DNA of 64,000 bases from Alphaproteobacteria bacterium MarineAlpha5_Bin5 (GTDB lineage Bacteria; Pseudomonadota; Alphaproteobacteria; HIMB59; GCA-002718135). Below are positions 11,101 to 19,387 of this stretch, one piece after another. The first letter of the stretch is position 1. The number at the start of each line of letters is the position of its first letter. The position numbers and the translations under genes were made by a program. The notes below the pieces were generated by a model. It made no database searches. It was not told the DNA's origin and worked only from the letters and a program-made list of their open reading frames with translations. The stretch is from contig PTKZ01000001.1 of NCBI GenBank assembly GCA_002938205.1, positions 9,354-73,353 of the forward strand, given 5' to 3'.

Positions 11101-12637
11101 GACGTACAATACAAGTTCAAAAGTGTATGAAACAAAACTAACTGATTATAGCTATAGTATGAACGTTGAGACAACAACTCTAGCAGCAGCTGTTAGTGCC
11201 ACTGAAACAGCAACAATACCCGTTAGTGATGCAAGTAAATTTGCAAGTGCCGGATATATAACGGTGACTAACAGCGATGGAAATAATGAAGTTATTTATT
11301 ACGGGAGTAAAAGCGGAAATAATCTTAAAAGTTTAATCCGCTCCGAAGATACCAGCGGTAATTCTAATGCTATTGCTCTTGAATCAGGAGCAGCCGTATC
11401 ACAAGATTCTTCATGCACCGTTGCTGCAACAAATGTACCAGCTGAATACGATTATACCCGTTTAGGATTAACCACGTCGATGCCACAAATTCTTAATTTG
11501 AAAATTAGTGGTAAGAAAAAATGGGTAGCTGTTTTTGGTGCTGGTCAAAATTATGGTAAAGATTGTACTACAGGTAATGCTGTCTATGTAATGGATTTAG
11601 AAGATAGTCCGGGAGAGATTATAAAACAAATCGTTATTCCAGATGATCCAAATAACTCTATATATAATACTGTTAATGCTAATGTTGCTATAGTGCAAAG
11701 AGACGGTACCACAAAAGCTGATTATTACGGAGCTATTGCCTACGTAGCGGATTTGGAAAATAAATTATGGAAGATTGATTTAACAGATAAAGCAGGCTCG
11801 CAATTTGGTCGTAAAGTGAAATTATTTGAAGATGTTGCAACCGATGATAATGGTCGCCGCAATTACCAAGAAATTTTACCAGTTCTCGATTCAAGCCAAA
11901 ATGTTCAGATGGGTGGCTCTAAGATTGAGAGTAATATTTTACGGTTATACTGGGGAACTGGTGATATGGATAATTTGGCAGACCGATCTAATAAAATAGT
12001 TAATCGTCTCTATGGTATCTCTGACCTAACATTTACAAATTTTGGTATAACGTGGCAGCCAGCGGATGATGTAAGTAATAAAAGTGCTCTATATCGATTA
12101 GCGGATTGTTATAATTCTACATCTCTAGCTTCTGCAACATGTCCTGTGCTCTCCAATGTGGGAACAAAAAATATTGGATGGTATATTACTTTACCTAAGC
12201 AACGCAAAACAACAGGAAGAAGACCGCTATATGATAAAGAGCAAGTTTATTTTGTTGTGTATGAACCAACAACGAAATTGTGTAGCCCTGGGGATGCTAT
12301 TTTAGGAACGTATGGCTATATGTGTCCTAATTATAAAAGATTAGTGGTGGCATTAGGGGCAGGTGTTGCAACCGGTGCGACTACACAGGGTAGTCAAATA
12401 TATATTGGTGTCTCCAATGCTGGCACGACAGGAACATATAAAAGAGGAGATATACTGGAGCAAAAAGGATCAGGATTTGGCGTTTCAGGTTCAGCTGCTG
12501 CTATTGCGAAAGATGTGAAAGATAATACTAAAGGAACAGATAGCATTATTGTTCTATCGCCAGTAGGCACAGCATCCACAGGTAAGAGTTCAATTGATGC
12601 ATGGCGTCATTATACTGGTGAAAATTACTTTGATTAA
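8114..12637 (+). CDS. pilY1: PilY1/PilC-type pilus tip adhesin (vWA + inserted beta-propeller + PilY1 C-terminal domain)
   Basis: Signal peptide; MIDAS DDSGS; PilY1 motifs WQGLL, LHDLYNSVP, GSNGGMIHAF, ELWAFVP, FGVDGP, WKTI, GKGGRG, YWGTG, GWYI; follows pilX. Confidence 0.88.
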   Translation: MRSILIPLITGVLLSFPILAKGPPPGTGVGDVKANIMIMLDDSGSMSARDPAPGMSHCTYAVDVANNGDIFTADPCYHKVTRLDSAYKVKSTFGGSYNWYSNVNGIAAYYQPWSLALDQADSTDEYVFVGRYHARGAGSFGSSSRYSTILKVCTGITTTAACPKAGTLVAVNDKQNNQYYSMGLAVQGNYVYSLSHPHMHIQKYNKSDLSFVTSRTNIRQQDFNNRFNYRYDAIAAVGDYVYVSNYRIRKICRYNASNLSNANFSNGQHCITSPNYQWRGLAASGKTTTSTADDFLYTWTHRNSQGTIHKFNANSGAFVTRFARRGTSTGQTYHIYRGIGVDPSGNVYVPEAGYSNRTWVSKFTSAGTYVSRGPKSANQGNRMKIAHTAIRAILKDPDLTAGANFGIMSWGSKFVIRTKISPKGANQILNKTLRKIYPRGGTYLGRAIQHVRTRYWHKSGETPIDLGAKCQGNFNLVISDGAYWGSPTPEQEIPKLSKHSTMPVKTFIVGLGNSIYGYSKYTTLASSKYGDTTPPGPLFANNVTTLTQQLRSAILAAINGNLTFTSPKVDFSSTPNGYICQPSFKYKEADQWQGLLTRYEIKQDGSIDDPTGQDPNKTIRFHKKLDGRSSLVTNSNGRKVWTVDQDIENPTSGVYKNNNFDPEYSTGSQNLVDASTYNLMTGGDTLLGKRDVARIMRFMRGQDMFDQDSDCKNIKAINFNNKCYTEDKGSTDAPLLYKLHDLYNSVPAYVGPPTALASPDIKNTENEYRYQNNYAAFKNKHKNRKNALIIGSNGGMIHAFDNGCKTANATCTTASNPGSELWAFVPPSIIQNFKYIVTPQKYTKLDADVGTSDTTLTVNSTSNFSSSGEIRINNEFMRYTGKTSTTFTGVTRGYDCSSNAPFCDDATAHSSDDIVYNETTVRKPEYSVFGVDGPIVAKDIYTDGNWKTIAIAGYGKGGRGLTALNITNPDNPVHMFSILNEIQGPGLSRAIKLWQTTYNTSSKVYETKLTDYSYSMNVETTTLAAAVSATETATIPVSDASKFASAGYITVTNSDGNNEVIYYGSKSGNNLKSLIRSEDTSGNSNAIALESGAAVSQDSSCTVAATNVPAEYDYTRLGLTTSMPQILNLKISGKKKWVAVFGAGQNYGKDCTTGNAVYVMDLEDSPGEIIKQIVIPDDPNNSIYNTVNANVAIVQRDGTTKADYYGAIAYVADLENKLWKIDLTDKAGSQFGRKVKLFEDVATDDNGRRNYQEILPVLDSSQNVQMGGSKIESNILRLYWGTGDMDNLADRSNKIVNRLYGISDLTFTNFGITWQPADDVSNKSALYRLADCYNSTSLASATCPVLSNVGTKNIGWYITLPKQRKTTGRRPLYDKEQVYFVVYEPTTKLCSPGDAILGTYGYMCPNYKRLVVALGAGVATGATTQGSQIYIGVSNAGTTGTYKRGDILEQKGSGFGVSGSAAAIAKDVKDNTKGTDSIIVLSPVGTASTGKSSIDAWRHYTGENYFD

Positions 12638-12677
12638 TAATCAAGACTAAATGATTTAAATATAGTTATTGAACGAA

Positions 12678-13055
12678 CTAAATTTGTTTAAGTACACCGA
12701 TAATCTTGGCACCATTATTACTTATAGATTTGTAAAAAATTTTACCTTTTACAACTGCATTGTGCTCTAAATATAATGCTTCTTTTACAGTTAACTCACC
12801 CTCAAACTTACCTGCAATTGTAGCATTATTAACTTCAAAATTTCCAATTAAAGATGCATTTGATTTAATATAAAGACGTTCTAATTTAAAAGATTTTTTT
12901 TTATTAATATCAATTTTTGCTAATTCTTCAACATTACCTTCAACAATAACACCTGCAGAAATTTCCTTTGTTTCACTATTAAGTTTATTAACTGCTCTTC
13001 TTCGAAGTTTTGCTTTTCGCTCAAACTCTTCTTTAATTATATTATCTTGATTCAT
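12678..13055 (-). CDS. Bactofilin (polymer-forming cytoskeletal protein)
   Basis: Beta-helix repeats IAGKFEGELTV, LEHNAVVKGKIFYKSI, GAKIIG. Confidence 0.75.
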   Translation of the reverse strand: MNQDNIIKEEFERKAKLRRRAVNKLNSETKEISAGVIVEGNVEELAKIDINKKKSFKLERLYIKSNASLIGNFEVNNATIAGKFEGELTVKEALYLEHNAVVKGKIFYKSISNNGAKIIGVLKQI

Positions 13056-13072
13056 TGTTTATCTTCATAATA

Positions 13073-13882
13073 TTATGTCAAATATATAGACTGTAAATAG
13101 TGTATTAGTATTTTTTCGGTATAATTAATTAATGGTAATCCTAGAAATATATAAATTAAAGTTGCTATAATTATATAAGGTCCAAAGGGTAATTGTGACT
13201 GAAAGTTTTTATTTTTACTAATTAAAATTATACTACCTATTATTACCCCGCTTAATGATGATACAATTAAAATAAACATAATGCCTTTAATCCCAAATAA
13301 AAAACCAAGAACGACGAATAGTTTTAAATCACCTAATCCCATACCTTCTATTTTTCTCACATATTGGTAAAAAACAATTAAGCCTCCTATGAACAGAAAG
13401 GCTATAAGGGCACCAAGTGCAGAAGGATATAAGGATGCAAAAATACTATCTAGATTAGGTAGAAATAATTTTCCTAAAGCTAAAATACCAATAAGTAGAA
13501 CTAGTGAATCAGGAATAATTAAATGTTTTAGATCAATAAAAAAGATTACTATAAATACAGGAATAAGAATTAAAAAGTAAACTAGATTTATACTTAAGCC
13601 ATATTTCCATCCAAAAAATAAAAAAAATAAAGCAGTCGATAATTCTACAATAAAATATCGTATTGTTATTTTATTTTGACAAAAAACACATTGGCCTCTT
13701 AAATATAAATAAGAAAATAAAGGAATATTATAATAAAAAGGAATAGGGGTTTTACAACTTGGACAATGTGATTTAGGTAAAATAATACTCTGCTGAATCG
13801 GGAGACGATATATGCAGACATTGGAAAAACTTCCTACCGCTAATCCCAACAAAAAATACACCGTTAGTTCAAATATTTGCAT
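13073..13882 (-). CDS. pilD: Prepilin peptidase/N-methyltransferase
   Basis: GSFSNVCIYRLP, CPSC...CVFC zinc motif, catalytic aspartates in FIDLK and GMGLGDLKL, LPFGPY. Confidence 0.95.
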   Translation of the reverse strand: MQIFELTVYFLLGLAVGSFSNVCIYRLPIQQSIILPKSHCPSCKTPIPFYYNIPLFSYLYLRGQCVFCQNKITIRYFIVELSTALFFLFFGWKYGLSINLVYFLILIPVFIVIFFIDLKHLIIPDSLVLLIGILALGKLFLPNLDSIFASLYPSALGALIAFLFIGGLIVFYQYVRKIEGMGLGDLKLFVVLGFLFGIKGIMFILIVSSLSGVIIGSIILISKNKNFQSQLPFGPYIIIATLIYIFLGLPLINYTEKILIHYLQSIYLT

Positions 13883-13905
13883 AAATTATCAATAAAAAAA
13901 TACTT

Positions 13906-16002
13906 TTACCCAATAACAAGTAAAGTTAAATCATCAGTCAGTTTTTCAGTAGTTTGTTGTATTGTTAATACAGTTTTTTCTACTTCTCTTTTAGGGGAAA
14001 GACCTTTATTTTTTTCTAATATTTGTTTTATTCCTTCTACGCCTAATTCTTCCCCTTTATTATTTATAGCTTCCGTAATTCCATCAGTAAAAATAAACAG
14101 CCGCTTATCTTTTAATGATATCGTTGTAGATATAAAAATATCAGATGATTCTTGTTTCATTACTCCTACAGGAATGCCTGCATCTGAATATTCTATAAAC
14201 TCCCCTTTGCTATCTCTTATTAATGGTGGTTGATGTCCAGCATTAGCCCAGGTAATTGTTTGATTTGTTAAATCATAAATACCAACAATCATTGTGATAA
14301 ACATTCCTTGTACGGAAGTTTCTGCTAATTCATTATTTGTTTCAAACAAAATTTCTTGGGGAGACATTTCATTTTTAGAAAAAACTTTAAATAATGTTGA
14401 TGCTTTTGCCATAACGATCCCAGCATTTACTCCTTTGCCTGATACGTCGCCTAGAGTAAAATAAAGTTTATTATTTATAGGAATATAATCAAAAAAATCG
14501 CCAGAAATTTCCCCTAAAGGTATATTAATTCCTGCTATTGGATATTGCTCTAAACTTACTGTTGGCAGAAGACTTTGTTGAACTTCGGCAGCTAAATTGA
14601 TTTCACTTAAGATACGCTTTCTCCATCTATCTAATTCAATCTTACTTTCTTCTAACTCTTGCATAATTCTATTATAATAAAACCCTATTTGTCCTGCATC
14701 GGTAAAAGGGTCCTGTGGCCCACGTAAAGACAGATCTTTAGTTTCCATTTGTTTTTTTAATATTTTTAATAGTTCGTAATTATCAGTGGACGCGTTATGC
14801 TCTACTATATTCAGACCTAATTCTTCTTGTACACGACTAACTCTCAGAGGAATTAAAAGATTAATGATAAAAATCAAAATATATGAAATACAAAAACTAT
14901 AAGCCCCAATAGATACAATTCCAATTACTTGAACCTTTAACTGGTTCCAGGTGTTCAGGTCAGTTCCTAACAAATTAGAATCACCAAATAACGCAACAGC
15001 AAGAGTACCCCAAATACCAGCAAATAAATGAACAGGTATTGCCCCAACAACATCATCAACTTTTAATTTCTCTAAAAAGCTGTTACCATAACTTGCAATA
15101 ATACCTCCTATAATACCTATGACAATGGCACTAAGTTGATCAACAGCATGGCAAGCAGCTGTAATAGAGACTAATCCTGCTAACGGACCATTAATAATAT
15201 AATGAGATTCAACTTTTTTTAATACAACATATCCAAAAACTAAACTGGCTATTAGACCAGCAGCAGCAGATAAAAAAGTATTTACCAATATTAAGGGAAC
15301 TGTATCATCTAAAGTTCCGTTACTTCCTCCGTTAAAACCAAACCAACCAAACCATAAAATTAACGTTCCAAGAGCTGCTAAGGGAAGATTGCTTCCATTA
15401 AATTTTTGTACGGAATTATTTTTTTTAAAGCGACCAAAGCGAGGACCAATAATAATTGCTGCACTAAAAGCTATCCACCCACCTATACTATGAACAATTG
15501 TACTACCGGCAAAATCAACAAATCCAATTTTACCTAACCATCCCATAGAATTTGTAAGGGCTATGGCAGGATCGCGATTTAAATCGGCCCAAGCCCAATG
15601 ACCAGCAACAGGATAAATTAATAACGCTGTTATAAACGTTATATATAAATAACCAAAAAATTTTAATCGCTCTGCTACTACACCTGAAATAATTGAGGCT
15701 GCTGTTGCAACAAACATTGCCTGAAAAACAAAAAAACTTTGATTTAGAGCATTATCGGAAACAAAAAAAAAGCTATCCGTTCCAAAAAATCCGCCCATGG
15801 ATGAGCCAAACATAATCCCAAACCCAATTGCCCAAAAAACACTTACTGAGACACCAAAGTCAGCAATATTTTTTAAAGCAACATTAATATTATTTTTTTT
15901 TCTTGATAAGCCCGCTTCTAAGCACATAAAGCCAGCTTGCATTATAAATACAAGAATAGCACTTATAAGTACCCATAAAGTATCTATTTGTTGTTCGATC
16001 AT
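13906..16002 (-). CDS. Ammonium transporter (Amt) fused to a C-terminal SpoIIE/PP2C Ser/Thr phosphatase
   Basis: Amt motifs MQAGF, GHWAW, DFAGSTIVH, LWFGWFGFNGGS, DDVVGAIPVH, EELGL. Then a coiled coil and PP2C motifs SGDFFD, DVSGKG, NAGH, TDGITE, DDLT. Confidence 0.92.
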   Translation of the reverse strand: MIEQQIDTLWVLISAILVFIMQAGFMCLEAGLSRKKNNINVALKNIADFGVSVSVFWAIGFGIMFGSSMGGFFGTDSFFFVSDNALNQSFFVFQAMFVATAASIISGVVAERLKFFGYLYITFITALLIYPVAGHWAWADLNRDPAIALTNSMGWLGKIGFVDFAGSTIVHSIGGWIAFSAAIIIGPRFGRFKKNNSVQKFNGSNLPLAALGTLILWFGWFGFNGGSNGTLDDTVPLILVNTFLSAAAGLIASLVFGYVVLKKVESHYIINGPLAGLVSITAACHAVDQLSAIVIGIIGGIIASYGNSFLEKLKVDDVVGAIPVHLFAGIWGTLAVALFGDSNLLGTDLNTWNQLKVQVIGIVSIGAYSFCISYILIFIINLLIPLRVSRVQEELGLNIVEHNASTDNYELLKILKKQMETKDLSLRGPQDPFTDAGQIGFYYNRIMQELEESKIELDRWRKRILSEINLAAEVQQSLLPTVSLEQYPIAGINIPLGEISGDFFDYIPINNKLYFTLGDVSGKGVNAGIVMAKASTLFKVFSKNEMSPQEILFETNNELAETSVQGMFITMIVGIYDLTNQTITWANAGHQPPLIRDSKGEFIEYSDAGIPVGVMKQESSDIFISTTISLKDKRLFIFTDGITEAINNKGEELGVEGIKQILEKNKGLSPKREVEKTVLTIQQTTEKLTDDLTLLVIG

Positions 16003-16169
16003 TATTTGTAATTACTGAGTTGCCACATTACATCAATTATTGATATTTGGGGTTAATACAATATTTTTTTCACAAAATTCGCCAAAATACCTAGAGATAA
16101 AAATTTTGATTATTTTTCATATTGAGGTATTGCAATCAACGTTATTTGGTAGTACGGGTTAGAAAAGAT

Positions 16170-16739
16170 ATGGTTGAAGAAGCAAAATTAGAAACTTTAC
16201 CAAAGAGCACTGTTGATCAAGGTAAACAGGTTTTTTTAAGTAAACATGATCGTGTTGGAGATAATCCTAATAAAATGGTTATTGGTAGTGGAACATCTTT
16301 TAAAGGTTCTGATATTAAAACTGACTATATTGAAATATACGGGAAAGTGGAGACAAGTATTCACTCAAAAATTATTTTCGTTGGCTCTTCTGCAGAAATT
16401 ATTGGACCAGTTACATGTGAGCAAATTGAAATACATGGATCAGTAAGCGGAGGCATCCAAGTCAATGGGAAAGCAACAATAAAAAAAACTGCTACAGTAG
16501 TTGGCACCTTGAGGTATCAAGTAATATCTGTTGAAGAGGGGGCAAGTGTTTATTCAGATTTACATTGTACAAATGCTGATCAAAAATTAGTTGATAAGAT
16601 CTCACATCTAAGAAAAACAATGAACCAGGGTGGATTAAATACTACCACAAAACTGGTTGTCGAAAATAAAGAGACTGCAATAGAGGAAGCCGCAAAAAAC
16701 GAAAAAGAGAAAAAAAAGAAGCGTTCGTTTTTTTCATAA
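16170..16739 (+). CDS. Bactofilin family protein with basic C-terminal tail
   Basis: Repeats VIGSGTSFKG, IFVGSSAEIIG, IHGSVSGGI, VVGTLRY..VEEGA; probable ATG at 16170. Confidence 0.85.
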   Translation: MVEEAKLETLPKSTVDQGKQVFLSKHDRVGDNPNKMVIGSGTSFKGSDIKTDYIEIYGKVETSIHSKIIFVGSSAEIIGPVTCEQIEIHGSVSGGIQVNGKATIKKTATVVGTLRYQVISVEEGASVYSDLHCTNADQKLVDKISHLRKTMNQGGLNTTTKLVVENKETAIEEAAKNEKEKKKKRSFFS

Positions 16740-16850
16740 AATTTTCTTATTAACATTTTTTTTTAATTACTTCTAAAATATTGCTTTTTGTGTTTAACAT
16801 ACTCGTTCAAATCAGCTACAATCTTAAAAATAAAATAATTAATCGGAGGC

Positions 16851-17231
16851 ATGCTTATGATTAAATATATTGGAATTATTCTAGCAATAATTTTTTTGAA
16901 TTTTTCTCAAGCTTACGGTGATGATGTTTCTGCCGAAATGAAAATAAAACTTCAAGATTTAATGAATAAATTTATTGAAGAAATATCTATTGATGGAAAA
17001 ATGATTTATATTGATACAAAATCAGATAAACTTAATGGATTATATTTTTCATCAGCTCATCCAATGTATGTTCCACATGGAAGTAATTTTTTCTTGTGTA
17101 CTTCAGGGATAGATGATGAGGGAAATGAACATTTGGTTGATTTTTATGCTCAAGAAACTAATGGTGAGTTTAAAATTGTTGATGTTTCTGTAGATAATAG
17201 AGAAACAACAAAAAAAATTTTAGGTATGTAA
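16851..17231 (+). CDS. Hypothetical secreted protein
   Basis: GGAGG RBS; signal peptide ending AYG; 32 nt upstream of the second PP2C gene. Confidence 0.75.
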   Translation: MLMIKYIGIILAIIFLNFSQAYGDDVSAEMKIKLQDLMNKFIEEISIDGKMIYIDTKSDKLNGLYFSSAHPMYVPHGSNFFLCTSGIDDEGNEHLVDFYAQETNGEFKIVDVSVDNRETTKKILGM

Positions 17232-17263
17232 GTTGAAATTTATAGCTTAAATATACAGCTATA

Positions 17264-18706
17264 ATGGGTTTTTTTAAAAAATTTATATTAGTAAGATATA
17301 CAATATTACTAGTGGCATTTTTGTTGCCACTGGTAATGTTTGTCGCATATTCTTATTATCAGTATCGATTAAATTCTATTACTGATGAATTAGTATTCAG
17401 AATAACATCCATAAATGACAACACAGATAATCGATATTCAGAAGAGTGGCGATGGAGACATATGAATGCTGAAAAAGATAGAAAGAAATTAGCATCTGAT
17501 CTACGAAATGAATTAAAATACTTATCAGCTATTCCATTCATTATTTGTGCAGAATTTGAAGAACCAATTTCAAAAAGAATATTTGGAGCATGGCCTGTTC
17601 CCCAATGTTCAATTATAAAGAAAGAAAGCACAAAAGTTTCAAGTAAGTTAAAAAATAATTCAGTTTTTAACTTATACTATGATCATTTCTATCCATCAAA
17701 AATTGTCAATGAAGAAATAGTTACTATTGCTTTTATAATTTCAAGCATTTTTTTATTTTTATTGTCAATTCTCATTCTTGCTAATTACTTGATAATTAGT
17801 CGACCAGTTAAAATGATTATTAATGCAATAAATGATTATAATAAAAATCATTCTGATTTTAATATTAAAACCAAAGATATGTTAGGTAAAACACACAATA
17901 AGGAAGATGAATTTGGTCGCATAGCACAATCGATGACTAGTCATGTTTCTGCTTCAGAAAAATATTTAAAAGAAATTAAATCACAACGAGCTCAAATGGT
18001 ACGAGATCTTGATGATGCAAGAAAATTACAAGATCATATTTTACCTAAAGTAAAAGATTCTTCCTTTCCTTTAGGTGTAATGAATAAAGCTGCAAAAGGA
18101 TTGTCAGGTGACTTTTATGATTTTATTCATTCTGATGAAGGAGATTGTTTTTTTATTTTAGCAGATGTTTCAGGAAAAGGAGTGCAGGCATCAGTTGTAA
18201 TGGTTTATGCTTTATCAATTTTTCGTCAAGAGGTGATGAATTCAAAAGATCTTAAAGAAATAGTAAAAAAAATTAATTACGGTATAGCAACCAATTTCCA
18301 AGGATTATTTATTACTGCCATTGTTGGGAGTTTTAATACAGTTTCAAAAAAAGTTGATTTTTTCAATGTTGGTCATAATCCTCCAATTTATCTTTCTGAG
18401 AAAGGTGATGTAGAACTTTTTTCTGCTTCAAGTGTGCCTATTGGTATAATGGAAGAATTAGATAGTAACTTAACCAAAGAAGAAAAAGATCTATCTAACG
18501 GAAGAATTTTCTTTTACACGGATGGTTTTCCTGAAACAATTGTTAATGGAAAAGAAATAGGGGAAGAAGGTTTAATCAAGAAAATCAAGAATTCTATAAC
18601 TAGCTCAGCACAAGAAACGACAAATAATGTAATGAAACAAGAAATATTTAATCCAGAAAAATTAGCAGATGATATGACTTTTATGACTTTAGGTCCTCTA
18701 AAATAG
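17264..18706 (+). CDS. Membrane sensor SpoIIE/RsbU-like PP2C phosphatase (TM-periplasmic-TM-HAMP-like-PP2C)
   Basis: Two TMs, HAMP-like segment (ISRPV...EDEFGRIA), PP2C motifs SGDFYD, ADVSGKG, NVGH, TDGFPE, DDMT. Confidence 0.9.
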   Translation: MGFFKKFILVRYTILLVAFLLPLVMFVAYSYYQYRLNSITDELVFRITSINDNTDNRYSEEWRWRHMNAEKDRKKLASDLRNELKYLSAIPFIICAEFEEPISKRIFGAWPVPQCSIIKKESTKVSSKLKNNSVFNLYYDHFYPSKIVNEEIVTIAFIISSIFLFLLSILILANYLIISRPVKMIINAINDYNKNHSDFNIKTKDMLGKTHNKEDEFGRIAQSMTSHVSASEKYLKEIKSQRAQMVRDLDDARKLQDHILPKVKDSSFPLGVMNKAAKGLSGDFYDFIHSDEGDCFFILADVSGKGVQASVVMVYALSIFRQEVMNSKDLKEIVKKINYGIATNFQGLFITAIVGSFNTVSKKVDFFNVGHNPPIYLSEKGDVELFSASSVPIGIMEELDSNLTKEEKDLSNGRIFFYTDGFPETIVNGKEIGEEGLIKKIKNSITSSAQETTNNVMKQEIFNPEKLADDMTFMTLGPLK

Positions 18707-18763
18707 GGGATTTTTTATATGTTTTTAAATAATTTTACTTAAACTGTTAATTTAATGGTCACA

Positions 18764-18828
18764 TTAATGTCTTTTTAATGTAATAAATAAGGATAAATTA
18801 GGATTGTAGATATTAACAAAAAATTAAC
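18764..18828. promoter_or_regulatory. Two putative CtrA boxes (TTAA-N7-TTAA) upstream of the major pilin
   Basis: TTAAtgtctttTTAA at 18764-18778 and TTAAcaaaaaaTTAAC at 18813-18828. The AT-rich background lowers specificity. Confidence 0.45.
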
Positions 18829-18868
18829 AGTAATACTAAATTATAATAACAAGTTTAAGGAGAACGCA

Positions 18869-19381
18869 ATGAACAAGTTTAAAAAGAGAGAAAAAGGTTT
18901 CAGTTTGATTGAGCTATTGGTTGTTGTTGCAATTATAGGTATTCTTGCAGCAGTGGGTATCGTAGCTTATTCAGGTTATACCGCTTCTGCTAAAGTGAAT
19001 GCAACTAAATCATCGCATGCAACTATAGTGAAATTTATTAATGCAGAAAAAACAAAATGTGATACAGGTGCTAGCGAAAATATGGGTGTGGTCGCAAAGA
19101 ATGGATCAAGTGCAAATGCAAAATGTAGTGATAATATAGGTGCTGGTAAAGCAACAACAGCTGCAAATACATTTAATGCCCATTTCGAAGGAAAAAAATT
19201 TAAAAATCCATATTCCTCTAGTAAAATGGCAACGGAGAGTTGTACAATAAATGATACAAATGTTGGTTGCACGCTTATTGAAAAAGATGGAAATGATAGT
19301 TTAAAAATATCTACTTGCTATGAAACAGCTTGCACTGCAACAGGCACAACTACATTAGTTGATATTATAAGTCTTAAATAA
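18869..19381 (+). CDS. pilA: Major type IVa pilin (PilA-like)
   Basis: Strong RBS AAGGAG, own 160-bp upstream region, KG|FSLIELLVVVAIIGILAAVG, Cys-rich variable C-terminus. Confidence 0.8.
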   Translation: MNKFKKREKGFSLIELLVVVAIIGILAAVGIVAYSGYTASAKVNATKSSHATIVKFINAEKTKCDTGASENMGVVAKNGSSANAKCSDNIGAGKATTAANTFNAHFEGKKFKNPYSSSKMATESCTINDTNVGCTLIEKDGNDSLKISTCYETACTATGTTTLVDIISLK

Positions 19382-19387
19382 ATATAA

